A DNA stretch of 64,000 nt from NCBI RefSeq assembly GCF_022539665.2, contig NC_081331.1, forward strand, positions 3,968,001 to 4,032,000, read 5' to 3'. The translations under genes and the position numbers were made by a program. The notes beneath the pieces were generated by a model. That model was not told where the DNA came from. It did not search any database and saw nothing but the letters and a program-made list of their open reading frames with translations. The stretch is from Daphnia carinata. Taxonomy: Eukaryota. This document shows, in pieces, positions 53,511 through 64,000 of the stretch (position 1 is the first letter of the stretch; every line of letters begins with the position of its first letter).

Positions 53511-54778
53511 GTGAGTTCATCACTCTATTGATTCAATCAACAGTGGCTACCCCCCTCCTGGGCAGACTTGGGTGTGTTCTCCGGTCCAGTAAATATAACG
53601 TTCCTGCCAAAGGCAATCCAAATGGGTATGAAATGATTGACTGACGCGTGAGCTTAAATAACAGGAGTGATATCATCTCTCCAAAAAGTTTGTACCATGC
53701 CCTTTAAACTATTGCTGTCAAAGTTTGTCTAACTGCATCAGCGCGAACTTGGCATTTATCAAGTTGACATCATCACGGTTCAAAAGTTCGAGAGGCCGAT
53801 GAACAATTTTTTTTTCTAGAGCATCGAATATCGTAACTCTGACGTCCTTCGTGAGGCATTTTTTTTTCGCTGAGCGTAGACGAATAGACTCCATGAGACT
53901 CTCTTATCAACACGTCGGACCCAAATCTCCAAACTATTCGCCGAGATCCGTGTTGGCATTTTATCGCTCCAGTTTGAAATGGATATACATTGAAAAATAC
54001 ATCAATCCTGACAAGGACAGATCCCATGAAAAAAAAATATGAGGTCGTTCTAATAAAATGGGGTTAGCAAAATTCAAACATATGTTTAATAGACGTAAGG
54101 AAACCAGCTGCGTTTGTATATCGCCAGTGCACCGGGAGATTTTAGATGAAGATTGTTAGGGGGGGGGGGCGAGGATTTCGGTCATCCGTCAACGGTTTCA
54201 TCAGGTCACCAGAAAAGTCAATCAGCACCCGGCCATTTGCCACGCTGTCGAATTTTTCCCTATCTTTTATCCTTATGGTGGAAGTGAAGACCCCCCCCCC
54301 TCTCAGGGAAAAAAAAAGGGCTTTTTTAGTTTAGGACACCCTCCTAAATAAGACTGCCAAAGGAATGGGGGCATTAGTTCTTGTTGAAAAGATGTACTAC
54401 CCGCAAAAGCCATTCAGAAAAAGGAGCTCCGAAACAGCTGCTCTCTTTTGACTCTCGTTACATGTGTGACATGTCCATCGTTTGCCAATGCGTTTCTCAT
54501 TGTACACTGAGTAAAAAGGAAAGAGTTATCTTTGAAAGACAAAAAGACGAATACGTGAAACTGAGGACTGTAGAAATTTGAGATGACGCAATGTATGTAG
54601 GATTACTCACTACAATATTTATTGATTTCAGAGTGTTGCTTGGGAAATATGGGCGAGTCCCCTTTTCCCCAATCCGGAGGGGTAACACCCAAGCAACACC
54701 TCAGATGTGTTTTCTAAATCTGCGTCTAAATAAAAAGATATAAAGAACCAGTTGAAAGGTGTCGTGAATAGCCTCTCG

Positions 54779-54800
54779 CTCTCTCTCTCTCTCTCTCTCT
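54779..54800. repeat. (CT)n microsatellite
   Basis: Uninterrupted CT dinucleotide run. Confidence 0.85.
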
Positions 54801-57689
54801 GTAAACTTCCCAGCAACAGCTGAAGTTGACGTGTTTACGAATCCCTTTCACCTTGTAAAAACCTTAGCGCCGTCCTTATGCATTTTCTTAAATTGAACAT
54901 TTCACTCGACGTGTCCCGCTTTTCTTCATTAGTCGTTAAGGTTGTTGATAAAGTAGTTTGATAAACATGCACAAAACGTCAGCCAGAGCTCAGATACGAA
55001 TAACGCGATCAATAATTCATCAAACAGGTCGCCGTTGCCGTAAGGGTTCTCCACTTCTCGGTTAGTCGGTAAAATATGCGCACTAATGAAAATAGACGAC
55101 AACGGGTATGGAAATACGGAAGAAAAATGAATGGCAAAAAAAATGGAACAGATTTTTATTGACAGGGTTTCCATTTTTATGCAAGTTTTAATTTACATCG
55201 TTTTTCCATTTGTAATCTCGATACGTTTTACAAAACAAAAAAAAAAACTATAAAAAGCGTTACACCGTGAAAAAAATCAACCTGTTACGAAAAAGACAAA
55301 AAAAAACCTTGTACATTGGAATGCTGGAGCTAGTCGTGTTACGGGCAATGTTCCAGAACTGCGGATAACAAATAAAACAGTACTAGACCTACATCATAGA
55401 GTTATATGCTTTCCATCGCCAAGAGGGGATACCCATCTTTTTATTGCAATCTCTCCGTTTACAATAAAAATACGTAAAAGGTTGGACGGAACACCCCTCG
55501 GACGCTATGCAATCTTTTTTCATAATGTCAACTATTTTCCGGTTCGTTGCGCTTTCCCATCATTGGCTTTCGCAATTTTCAATTCTCTTTTGTTTTCGTT
55601 TTTTTATTTTTGTTGTATATTTTGTTTACGACTGGCAGCAACGCCATCTGTTGAGAATTGCTTTCACCTTGTGACTTCTGCTGTGTCCAATGGCCCCAGC
55701 ACACACATCACAATTCGAAAAGTCACGATTCGAATTGAAAAATGATAGGTTTGCATGGACCAAGCCATTAGCACGTTTTCCTAATCATTGTCTTGTGAAC
55801 TTACCCCGCCTAGATTATTAGTCAAGATACACATTGCCAAGTCCAAGAAAAGTAAACAAAAGGGAAAAGACATACAACATCCGTCTAAGCGAAAATTGAT
55901 TGAGCTGTTATTTCGAGTCTGACATACACATAACCTTGACTCGCGCCTTTTTCGCGTGTGTATCTGTTTTGTATAATAAACTATCGAGTTTTTTTTTTTT
56001 TTTTCCTACGAGTTAAGCATGACGTTACGATCGTACGATCGTGAAACCCTATCACGCGGTGTAAGGAAAATGGAAAACAAACAACAACAAAATAACCAAA
56101 TACGACATAAGGAAAATCATCATAAAAAAGACGGGGGGAATGAAAACATGGCGTTCTGTCTTTTTGTTTATCTGACGAAAAAACTCGGCGGGGGTTTCAC
56201 TCGAAACCTCTCCCCCAAGAAGACGAAATCATCGGGAGGGAATACAAATCGAACCGGCAGCCCAAAACGAAAAAAATGACCCATTGGTCAACTCAACCAA
56301 GAACAAGAAAAAAAAAAAGAAAAAAGAAAAAGGAAATGATGGCTTACGGATGATTCTAATTTGGTTCTTTTGTTCAATCGACAAAAGAAAGAGGGAGAGG
56401 TAACGTAAAAGATAAACACGTCGGACAGGTGTGCGTTTGTTTCTTTCCCTGCAGGGCTTTTTTTGGTAAAAAATAAATAAACTGTCAAATGTTTTTTAAC
56501 ATTCGTTTTGGAGCCCGTGCTTCCGTGAAACCTGGAACAAATTAACGCCCTGCAATTATTCTGGAAAGGAACGAGGTTCAAATTCACCTGCTGCTTCTTG
56601 CGACAGCTGCATTAGTACATGACGAAACCAAATAAAACAAAAAAATTGAGAAATGTGTCTAAACAAAAGACAAAAATAGAGACCCTGGACTTCCAACCCT
56701 CTCGAACACACCGTTCAAAATGGCTGACGGTGTGGTCAATCGCAAAACATCCGGGAGTTTATACATACACCATTTCCCTGGAAAAAAAAAAGAGACAAAA
56801 CAGAAACGGATGTTCAAATTTAGGGGAAACAAGAGCGCGTTCATCCATGACCCTAGTTCATCTCATGGATGAGCTGGTTTCCATTTGTAAAGGTCAGCAC
56901 ATCGTTACAAGTTCATGGCTCTAATTCGATTGAAATAGGAAGAGTTGGCAAAGCAGTTTTTGGCAGCTGATTATGGGGGCTGTGTGGGCACAAACCAGAG
57001 ACGGAACACGTGGCTTCTTGAGATAAAAATGACGGATGCTTCTGAAACTCAAGGTTGAACGAATACAGAGACGAAGAGAATTGGACGAAAGTAAACGACA
57101 AAAGAGAAAAAAGAACTGACTGCCCCTCGTGTATATGCATAGTCTATTTGTCTGTGTAATATTTTTCCTCACAAAATGTTTTCCAGAGGCAGAGGTTCCT
57201 TTTCTTTTCTTCTTGGTTTGCTTTTTATTTAACCCCCCCCTCTCCATCTTTTCCCTTCCTCCTCAGGGGATTCTGAAAACTTCCCTCCAAAAAAAAAGCA
57301 AGGTTCCTTTCTTCTACGTAGCATATACTATCCGCCATTTTGGGTCTGCTTTGATTGACCAGATGCGATCATGGTCATGACCCCCTCAGCCCTATCTCGT
57401 CAAGAAAACAAAATAATACTTTGCTGAACTTTGAATCTAAATTCTATATGATGAGTCGTCCAAAAATTTCATTTTCTGTTTTTCAATTTAAAAATAAATA
57501 TGACAGTATTATTTTACTAAAATTCAGATAGTAACATTTACTCTAGCATGAAAAAAAATGCAACGCTGTGCTTTGATTTTGGCTTGACGCATTGGCCCAT
57601 TTTTTTCTCCCCCCTTCCACTGCCTCCAACTGCACACAGTCTTATTGTCCGGCGCGTTGTGGTTGGAAGGGAGAGAAACTGGTCTCCTC

Positions 57690-57695
<6 letters not shown>

Positions 57696-57721
<26 letters not shown>
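57696..57721. repeat. (CT)n microsatellite / GAGA element
   Basis: Uninterrupted TC run about 400 nt upstream of candidate exon 58100-58127. Confidence 0.85.
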
Positions 57722-58099
57722 AAGTCTCTGTGTTAAAAGAGAAATAAAACAGGATATACACAAGGCGAACACGCCGAACAGACTCTACGCTTTCATTCCC
57801 AAGTTGCCACTGAGCCGGACCAGTCACTCGTATTTCTCTCTCTTTTTGAAAGGAAATTATTCTCGTGTGTTTGTGAGGTGGTTTCGTTGTGCGGTTGGTG
57901 TCTGTGTTGGAAAGCCAAGTGAAGAGAGAGAGTGAGGGTAGAATATTTTTGTGTGGATATCGCTAAACCGACGACCGACGTTATTTTTTTGCTGATAAGG
58001 AGAAATCAACACTTTTTTTTCTCGAAGGGGAAATGTTTTCAGTGCAATAAGTGTATCCACATGCCCTAGAAGCAGCTGCCTTGCTGCTTTTTATTACAG

Positions 58100-58127
58100 C
58101 CGATTGGAAACATGAGGAAATTACCCG
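58100..58127 (+). other. Candidate 28-nt micro-exon or alternative start exon (MRKLP from ATG 58112, or ADWKHEEITR if entered in phase 1)
   Basis: Acceptor tttttattacag| at 58099 and consensus donor CCG|gtaagt at 58127. Confidence 0.45.
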
Positions 58128-59876
58128 GTAAGTCATCCCTCTCTAATTGTTTTCTTGGCTTTAAAAAAGAGCCAATGATTATCCCTTCTTTCCGATTGGT
58201 GATTTTTGAGAACTCCTATCGTTCGATGGCTTGGCACTGATACGAGATGCTTTTCCGGTCTGTTGAAAGGTATCAGGTGACCTTCTTTAGATTGTTAGGG
58301 AATGCTATTTCGTTCTCCATGATGGTCTGAATGACTTAGTTTTTTCAAAGTGGAAAGCCAAGTGTAGCTCGTCACGTTGCGTTGCTCACGCCATACCAGA
58401 CTATCGAATGCCGTTGATTGATTAGCACTAGGAACGTGTGATGGAGGAGACACCCACCCACGCCCTCAGCTAACTCGAGCTGACATCTTTCTAACTTGTC
58501 AGAATTCTGAAGAGATAGAACTCTTCTCATCGTTCATCCAATTGATCGCATTAGAGTCCCCCATCTGTCTCCCTTTTTAAAGTTGATGTCTTTTATTTTT
58601 TTATTTTTTTTTTTTTTTTTGCCTAGAAAGAAAAAAAACGGTTAAACATTTCCAGACACTTTATTTCTTGTCCCTTTCTTTGAAGAAAACGAGAAAAAGA
58701 AAGAGATAGGATGTTACGGATAACGTGTCATTTCTGTCAAAGAGTCGCCAGAATCCCGTTTTTTGATGGAACAAACAAGAAGAAAAAAAAACTAAAGAGC
58801 TAGTTTCATTTCTTTTTTTTTCTTTTCTGTTCAAGTGTGTGATCTTGGAACAGGTATAATAATGCAAAGGCGATGTATAATTGAATGGGCTCCCCCCTCT
58901 GTACGTTCTCATATGTAGAGAATTTCTTCTTCCTTTTCCTTCAGGTGTGTAGAAACGACATTCAGTCATGTTTTATTCATCTCCCTATTTTTTTTTTTTC
59001 CGGTGATTCAGGTTTCATATTTTTTGTTTCTCTTACTTTCCTCAGCGTCGTTCACATATTTGTGAGCTACAAATAAATCCATCTGTTCCAAGCATTTTTC
59101 TCTTTCACGAACCACTAGCTCCAAAGTGTGTATATGTCTGTGGTTTTTGGTTTAGAAGAAGGAGGGTGTCTGGTTTTCTTTTGAACACGAGACCTGTTTC
59201 ATTGAACAAGCCCGATAGAAAAAAATATACACACCCACACATATACAGATGGAGGGCTAAAAAAAAAATATATTTCCTTTTTTTTTTAAGGGCATTTTTG
59301 CCTCAGTTCTTTTGGTCGGTTTCATTTCACTCGATTGATCCTTGAAAAAAGAAGGGAATATTTTCTCTGCATCCTGTTGCAACGTACGCACACATGTACC
59401 TTCTGTTCGAAATTTTATTCCTATTTACTTAATGACGCAAAAGATTTTTGGGGTGGGGGAAGCTGTTTCTACGTCCCCATAAAATGGCGATGACCTTGCC
59501 GTGTGTACCGTCTGTCTATACGTGCCGCTTTCTATAGATTCGTTGACTCTTTTGTAATTTCTTTGGAAGATGGGGCAACATTTTGTGGAGAAAAAAAAAA
59601 GAATCTCTCTTTCGCAACGCTTGCTCTGTGTGTGATCTTGTCGAGGTGCTGTGTGATGAATCGGAGTAGAAAGAAGAACGAGAAGGGGGGAAAGAAAAAA
59701 AGGACGTATGGGACAAGCGTGGAAGCATCAGTTCCGGTTGTTGAGTATAAAAATAAATCTGAGCCACACCTAGGCATCGAAACAAACGAGAAAGAGATGT
59801 GTGTGTGTGATATCTTCGCTTTGCTCATGCAATCTGCTCATCTAACAGTTGAGCATAACCACACACAATCTGTTTT

Positions 59877-59902
59877 CCCCCCCCCCCCCCCCCCCCCCCC
59901 CC
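59877..59902. repeat. Poly(C) tract, 26 nt
   Basis: Counted directly; the longest C/G homopolymer I found in the window. Confidence 0.9.
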
Positions 59903-62900
59903 GAGTGAGGAACGGGCCTTTGGGTGGGCCGGATGAATCGGACGATCTTTTTTTTTTTTTTTTGCAACGTAATCTGTGATAGTTCCAGGATGATGATGAT
60001 GAACTTGGGGCTTCCGGGGGCTCTTTTCTGGGTTGCGGTTAACGATTGTAATCAGGTTTCCTTCACTCTTGATCAATGCAAGATGATGATGGCACACCAA
60101 ACGTGTAATCTGATCCACCTCTCGTTTTTCATTTCTTTGACTGACCAACCTAACTGGATCGTGTCATGGAAGCCAATGATACGGGTTTTCCTGCTTTCAT
60201 ACAGAAGAACGAACAAAAATTATCGGCTATCTTTCCACTCCTCCTTTCTTCTTCTTTAATGCGTATAATATACTTTTTTTTCTTCATAAATGAGAGAGAA
60301 AAAAAAGAGCCCTTTAGTTTTCATGCTCTTGTGAGCAATTCAATTCACGATTTGAGCGTTTATCCTATCCAAGGCCAGAGAATTCCGTTTTTTTTTTTTT
60401 GCTTCTCATTCTTTTTTCTTATCAAACAACCAACGCAATCAAGCGCAGACCAAGGGGGGGGGGACTCGTTTTTATTCGTGAGCGCATTATAATAACGAGT
60501 TGAAGAAGAAGAAGAAGAATCAGTGGAATGACGGATACAGGTTTTGGTTACCATGACAACACTTGTACCCGCATTTTTTTGCCGTCTCCCATTTAGAAAC
60601 ACAATTTTTATTTCCTTAAGATGGGAAAACCGCGCATCATTCACGATTCTCTTTTGTTTCCAAAGGGGACAAGCCTATTGTTGTTTTTCCGTACGTTATA
60701 TAGGTAGATGTCGTGTGCGTTGTTTGTGCGTGCTGTCCAGTGGAACCGTTACGTGATCCCATCGTTTGTTTACAGAAAAGTCGCATCTCTTACGGACACG
60801 TAGACAAGAGGGAGAGAGAGAAAGCGGGCCTGTCACGACTGGAACGGCCCACTCACGGCTCACAAGGCCGTGCCCTGTTGCCATCTGTCAAAAAAAAAAA
60901 AAAGAGACGACCTGGGGAGGGTTAAAAAAAATTATTTTTCCTTTAAGAAAAAACTCGATTTGTTTTTAGTGTATCAAAAATGATTGAATAATAAATTCGA
61001 TAGTGGGGAGGAATACGGGAGTTAATAGATCGAACCATTAAAGCAACACAACTCCCCCCTGCAGTCTGGCGCCATTCTTTTTATGTCCCATTCTCTCAAT
61101 TTTTGTCCCCTCATTTTTATCTAGCGATTCCATTGTCCTTTTTTTTTTCCTTTCTTTTCTTAGTTAGAGGAACTACTAACCAGGTCACATGAAAATCAAA
61201 AAAGGAGAAGGAAAAAAAAAAAAATGTTTTTCAAAAAATAAAAAGGACAACAACAGATTGCTCTCTTAAAGCTTCTCCGAAGTCAATGCTCTTATCGGGG
61301 TCGTTGTCAAAGGCCCTGCCATACCAGCAGAGGCCCTCAGGAATGGATAGAAGGTTTTATTCTTTTTGGGCGCCTCATCTTCTTTTATTTTTGTTTTGTC
61401 CTTTAGGGGGGAAAAAATGTCTCGTCTATGCTTTCGTTTTGAATGATTCTTTTAATATAGGCCTCTTTTTTGACAATTAGAGTCGTCATATTTGGTTTTC
61501 CCTGTTGTCGCCGTCTAATAAAGACTTAAAAAAAAAAATTTTTTTTCCTTGACACATATACTTAATTATTTTGAACCTAAACACCTTACTCTGTGATTTG
61601 CTTTCGTTTGAACTTTGAGGCGGAAAGAAGATGATGGATGTCTTTTACCTTTTTTTTTTTAAATTTTATTTTAATCATTTTCTCCCGGATGAGAATTTTT
61701 TGTTGGAAATTCACATTTTTCAACGTCTGAATTCTATTTCGTGTTAGGGGGATGTTAGAAGACGTCAAAAAAGGGGGGGGGGGGAGGCAGAGACAAAAAG
61801 AAAGGAAACGCATACACACACTAAAAAAGAATGTTTAATTTCATTTTCAAAAAAAAAAAAAAATTTATTTTTTTGTCCGTATTTTTCGAGCGTGTATTCC
61901 GGTCCGGAAATGGGCCTCTTCCATATCCATCATCTTCTTTCACCCTCCCTCACTCCCTTACTAACTGGCAACTTTTACTTTGACACGGTTCCCATGACTA
62001 GACGGCGGTATACATATAAATGCTCTTGATCCCAAACTGCTCGTTAGTCTTTTTGTGTGAACGTTGTGATTCGTTTACAGGCTAGATTTTTTTTTTTTTT
62101 ATTTTCGTTTAATTATTTCCCGGAAAAAAAATGGGATCAAAAATCACTAATGCAATCATCCTGTATTCTGATTAAATTTTCAATGAAAAAAAAAAGAGGA
62201 CAGATCAATAATAAAAAAAAGAGGGGAGGCTCCTTTTTTTATTATCGGGCGTAATTTGTAAGTAATAACAAGTGTCGTGCTATATGAGCGATGGAGTCCG
62301 CCCCGCATCGATCCGTCCCCTTTTATTAGATCCCTGCTGTTCCATTCCATGTGTGTATGTTGAATCGATGGCGGTCTGAAGAAGACCGCTGTTCTCAACA
62401 ACGACGTGAGGATGAAACATAAAAAAAAAGGGGGGGGAAAGAATTATCATTATTATTATTTTGGAGACCTTTTCTCTTCAAAGTAAGAAAAATTCTTGCT
62501 GCTGCTCTTCTTGTCTTTTCATTTGGCACACACGAAATGATCAAGAGAGTGATGGCTATTGCGTGCCCGTTATCGCTGAGAGAATGGTGTGGGGGGATCT
62601 TTTTGTGTGTGCCAAAAAGGAACGAAGCATCACGCGTTCATTATGTCACTCCCGCTGCTCTCTCTCTGCACGCACCAGCTCCATCATTGAGCTCCTCTGT
62701 TTGCCGACTCGGCGTTTTCTTTTTTTTTTTTTCTCCCTACACCATCAAGTTTTCTTCTTTGAGCGATCGTATTGATCCCGTTCCAGTTAGAGATACTAGT
62801 AGTTATACAATGTACGCAGTGAGGAATCGCTTCATCTTCTTTCGTGCCGAAGAGGGGGGGGGGAACGGTTCAACATCGTACGCACTTAGCGAACAAAAAG

Positions 62901-64000
62901 TTCCATTTTTGACTATTTCCACTTGAGAAAAGAAAAAATCAAATTGCGATGCTATCTTTAATACGTGGAAGATGGCTTCATCATCGGCGCCGACGCATGA
63001 AATATCTTCTTTTTTTTTCCCTCCGTTTGTTTATGACTCTTTTTCCCGTATAATATTTTTTTGTAGGTCTTGTTCTTTTCAAACCGTGATAAGACATTGA
63101 CTAAAGAGTGGCATCATCATGCGCCCTCCTGTGGTGGGTACCGTTTCTATTGAACCCTCTCAGTCCAACCCCGACAGACGCTCTGACAATAGGCTTTCTA
63201 CTCTGTTAGATGATGTCTGAGTGTGTGTGCTCAGCATTTTGAAAAAAAAAAAAAAAAAGAGCGTAAAGAAACAATGGCCGACCTCGAACTTTTTTTTTTT
63301 CCCGTTCATTAATGGGGAGTCCCAGCACCAAAAACATCTTTTGCGTGTGTATCTTCTTTTTGATGCGATAACTTTCCACCAACACGCTAATGATGATTCG
63401 GCCTCCGTGACGTACTCCGGTCGTGACGGAGGAGAAGAGAATGAAAAGACTTAAGGGACAAACACCTGCGATTTACCTGGCATGAATACGTAACTATTTT
63501 TTCTTTTTTTTGTTTTTCTTATTTGCCGACGCACAATGATCTTGCGCGGAGGGTCGACAATGGATTGACGGTCGTGCAAGTCTCGACCTAGTAGGAAAGA
63601 AAAACAACAACATATTTTTTTCTTTTGGCTTGGAGTTATGACATGAGAATGCCATGATTATCAATGTGTAGAACTTAGTTCGTAGAGTCTTTCTTTCTTT
63701 ACTTGTTATTTGTGGGTTGGTAACAACACCCGGGCGGATGTTATGAGGTGGGGAGGTAGTTGGGTTTTTTCCTTTTTTTTTTTTTTTTTTTTTTCTTCCG
63801 ATGGTAATGAGATTCTCTCTTGCGGGGCTCGTGATGGTTGCAGTGTGAACGACCAGATCACCAATTCTGCGCACGTTTCTCTCGTCATGAGCCATCGTCG
63901 CGGCTAGCATTTTTTTTTGTCAAATTATTTATTATTCCAATGGGGAAGGGAGGAGTGAGGGCGAAAGGCGAGTGCATGTGATTGAAAAACTATTCCTCCT

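Noticed and set aside
63176..63220. Hairpin CAGACG-CTCTGACA...TGTTAGA-TGATGTCTG as a pre-miRNA or C/D snoRNA
   Set aside because: Only about 45 nt with bulges, no match to conserved arthropod miRNAs I can recall, and no properly spaced C and D boxes.
22485..64000. The many 60-160 aa ORFs listed on both strands
   Set aside because: Rich in poly-Phe and poly-Lys from T/A homopolymers, often with non-ATG starts, with no recognisable domains or supporting exon structure; expected by chance.

Overview
Eukaryotic, intron-containing animal DNA. The many 55-100 nt GT-AG introns, compact divergent gene pairs and long poly(A)/poly(T) runs suggest a Daphnia-like branchiopod crustacean (inference). The window has two parts. 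(1) 1-22.5 kb is gene-dense, with eight spliced genes reconstructed from splice sites and recognisable motifs: the 3' end of a ZSWIM4/5/6-family gene (+), RAD54L (-), PRPF38A (-), PAM16 (+), a furin-like proprotein convertase (-), UBE2T (+), an ELOVL4-like elongase (-) and NOL6/Utp22 (+). Six of these form three head-to-head pairs. (2) 22.5-64 kb has no credible long ORF, but holds small plus-strand exons that the ORF track misses (41716-41809, 51944-52071, 52135-52195). These splice into one open frame, and several phase-compatible alternative first-exon candidates lie nearby, so this is probably the 5' part of a large multi-promoter gene whose body lies beyond the window. Candidate structured RNAs (ELOVL intron 4; 46.8 kb with a perfect Pol III B-box) and CTCF-like motifs deserve checking. 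I cannot show a new biological system from the sequence alone; all identities come from recalled family motifs, not database searches.
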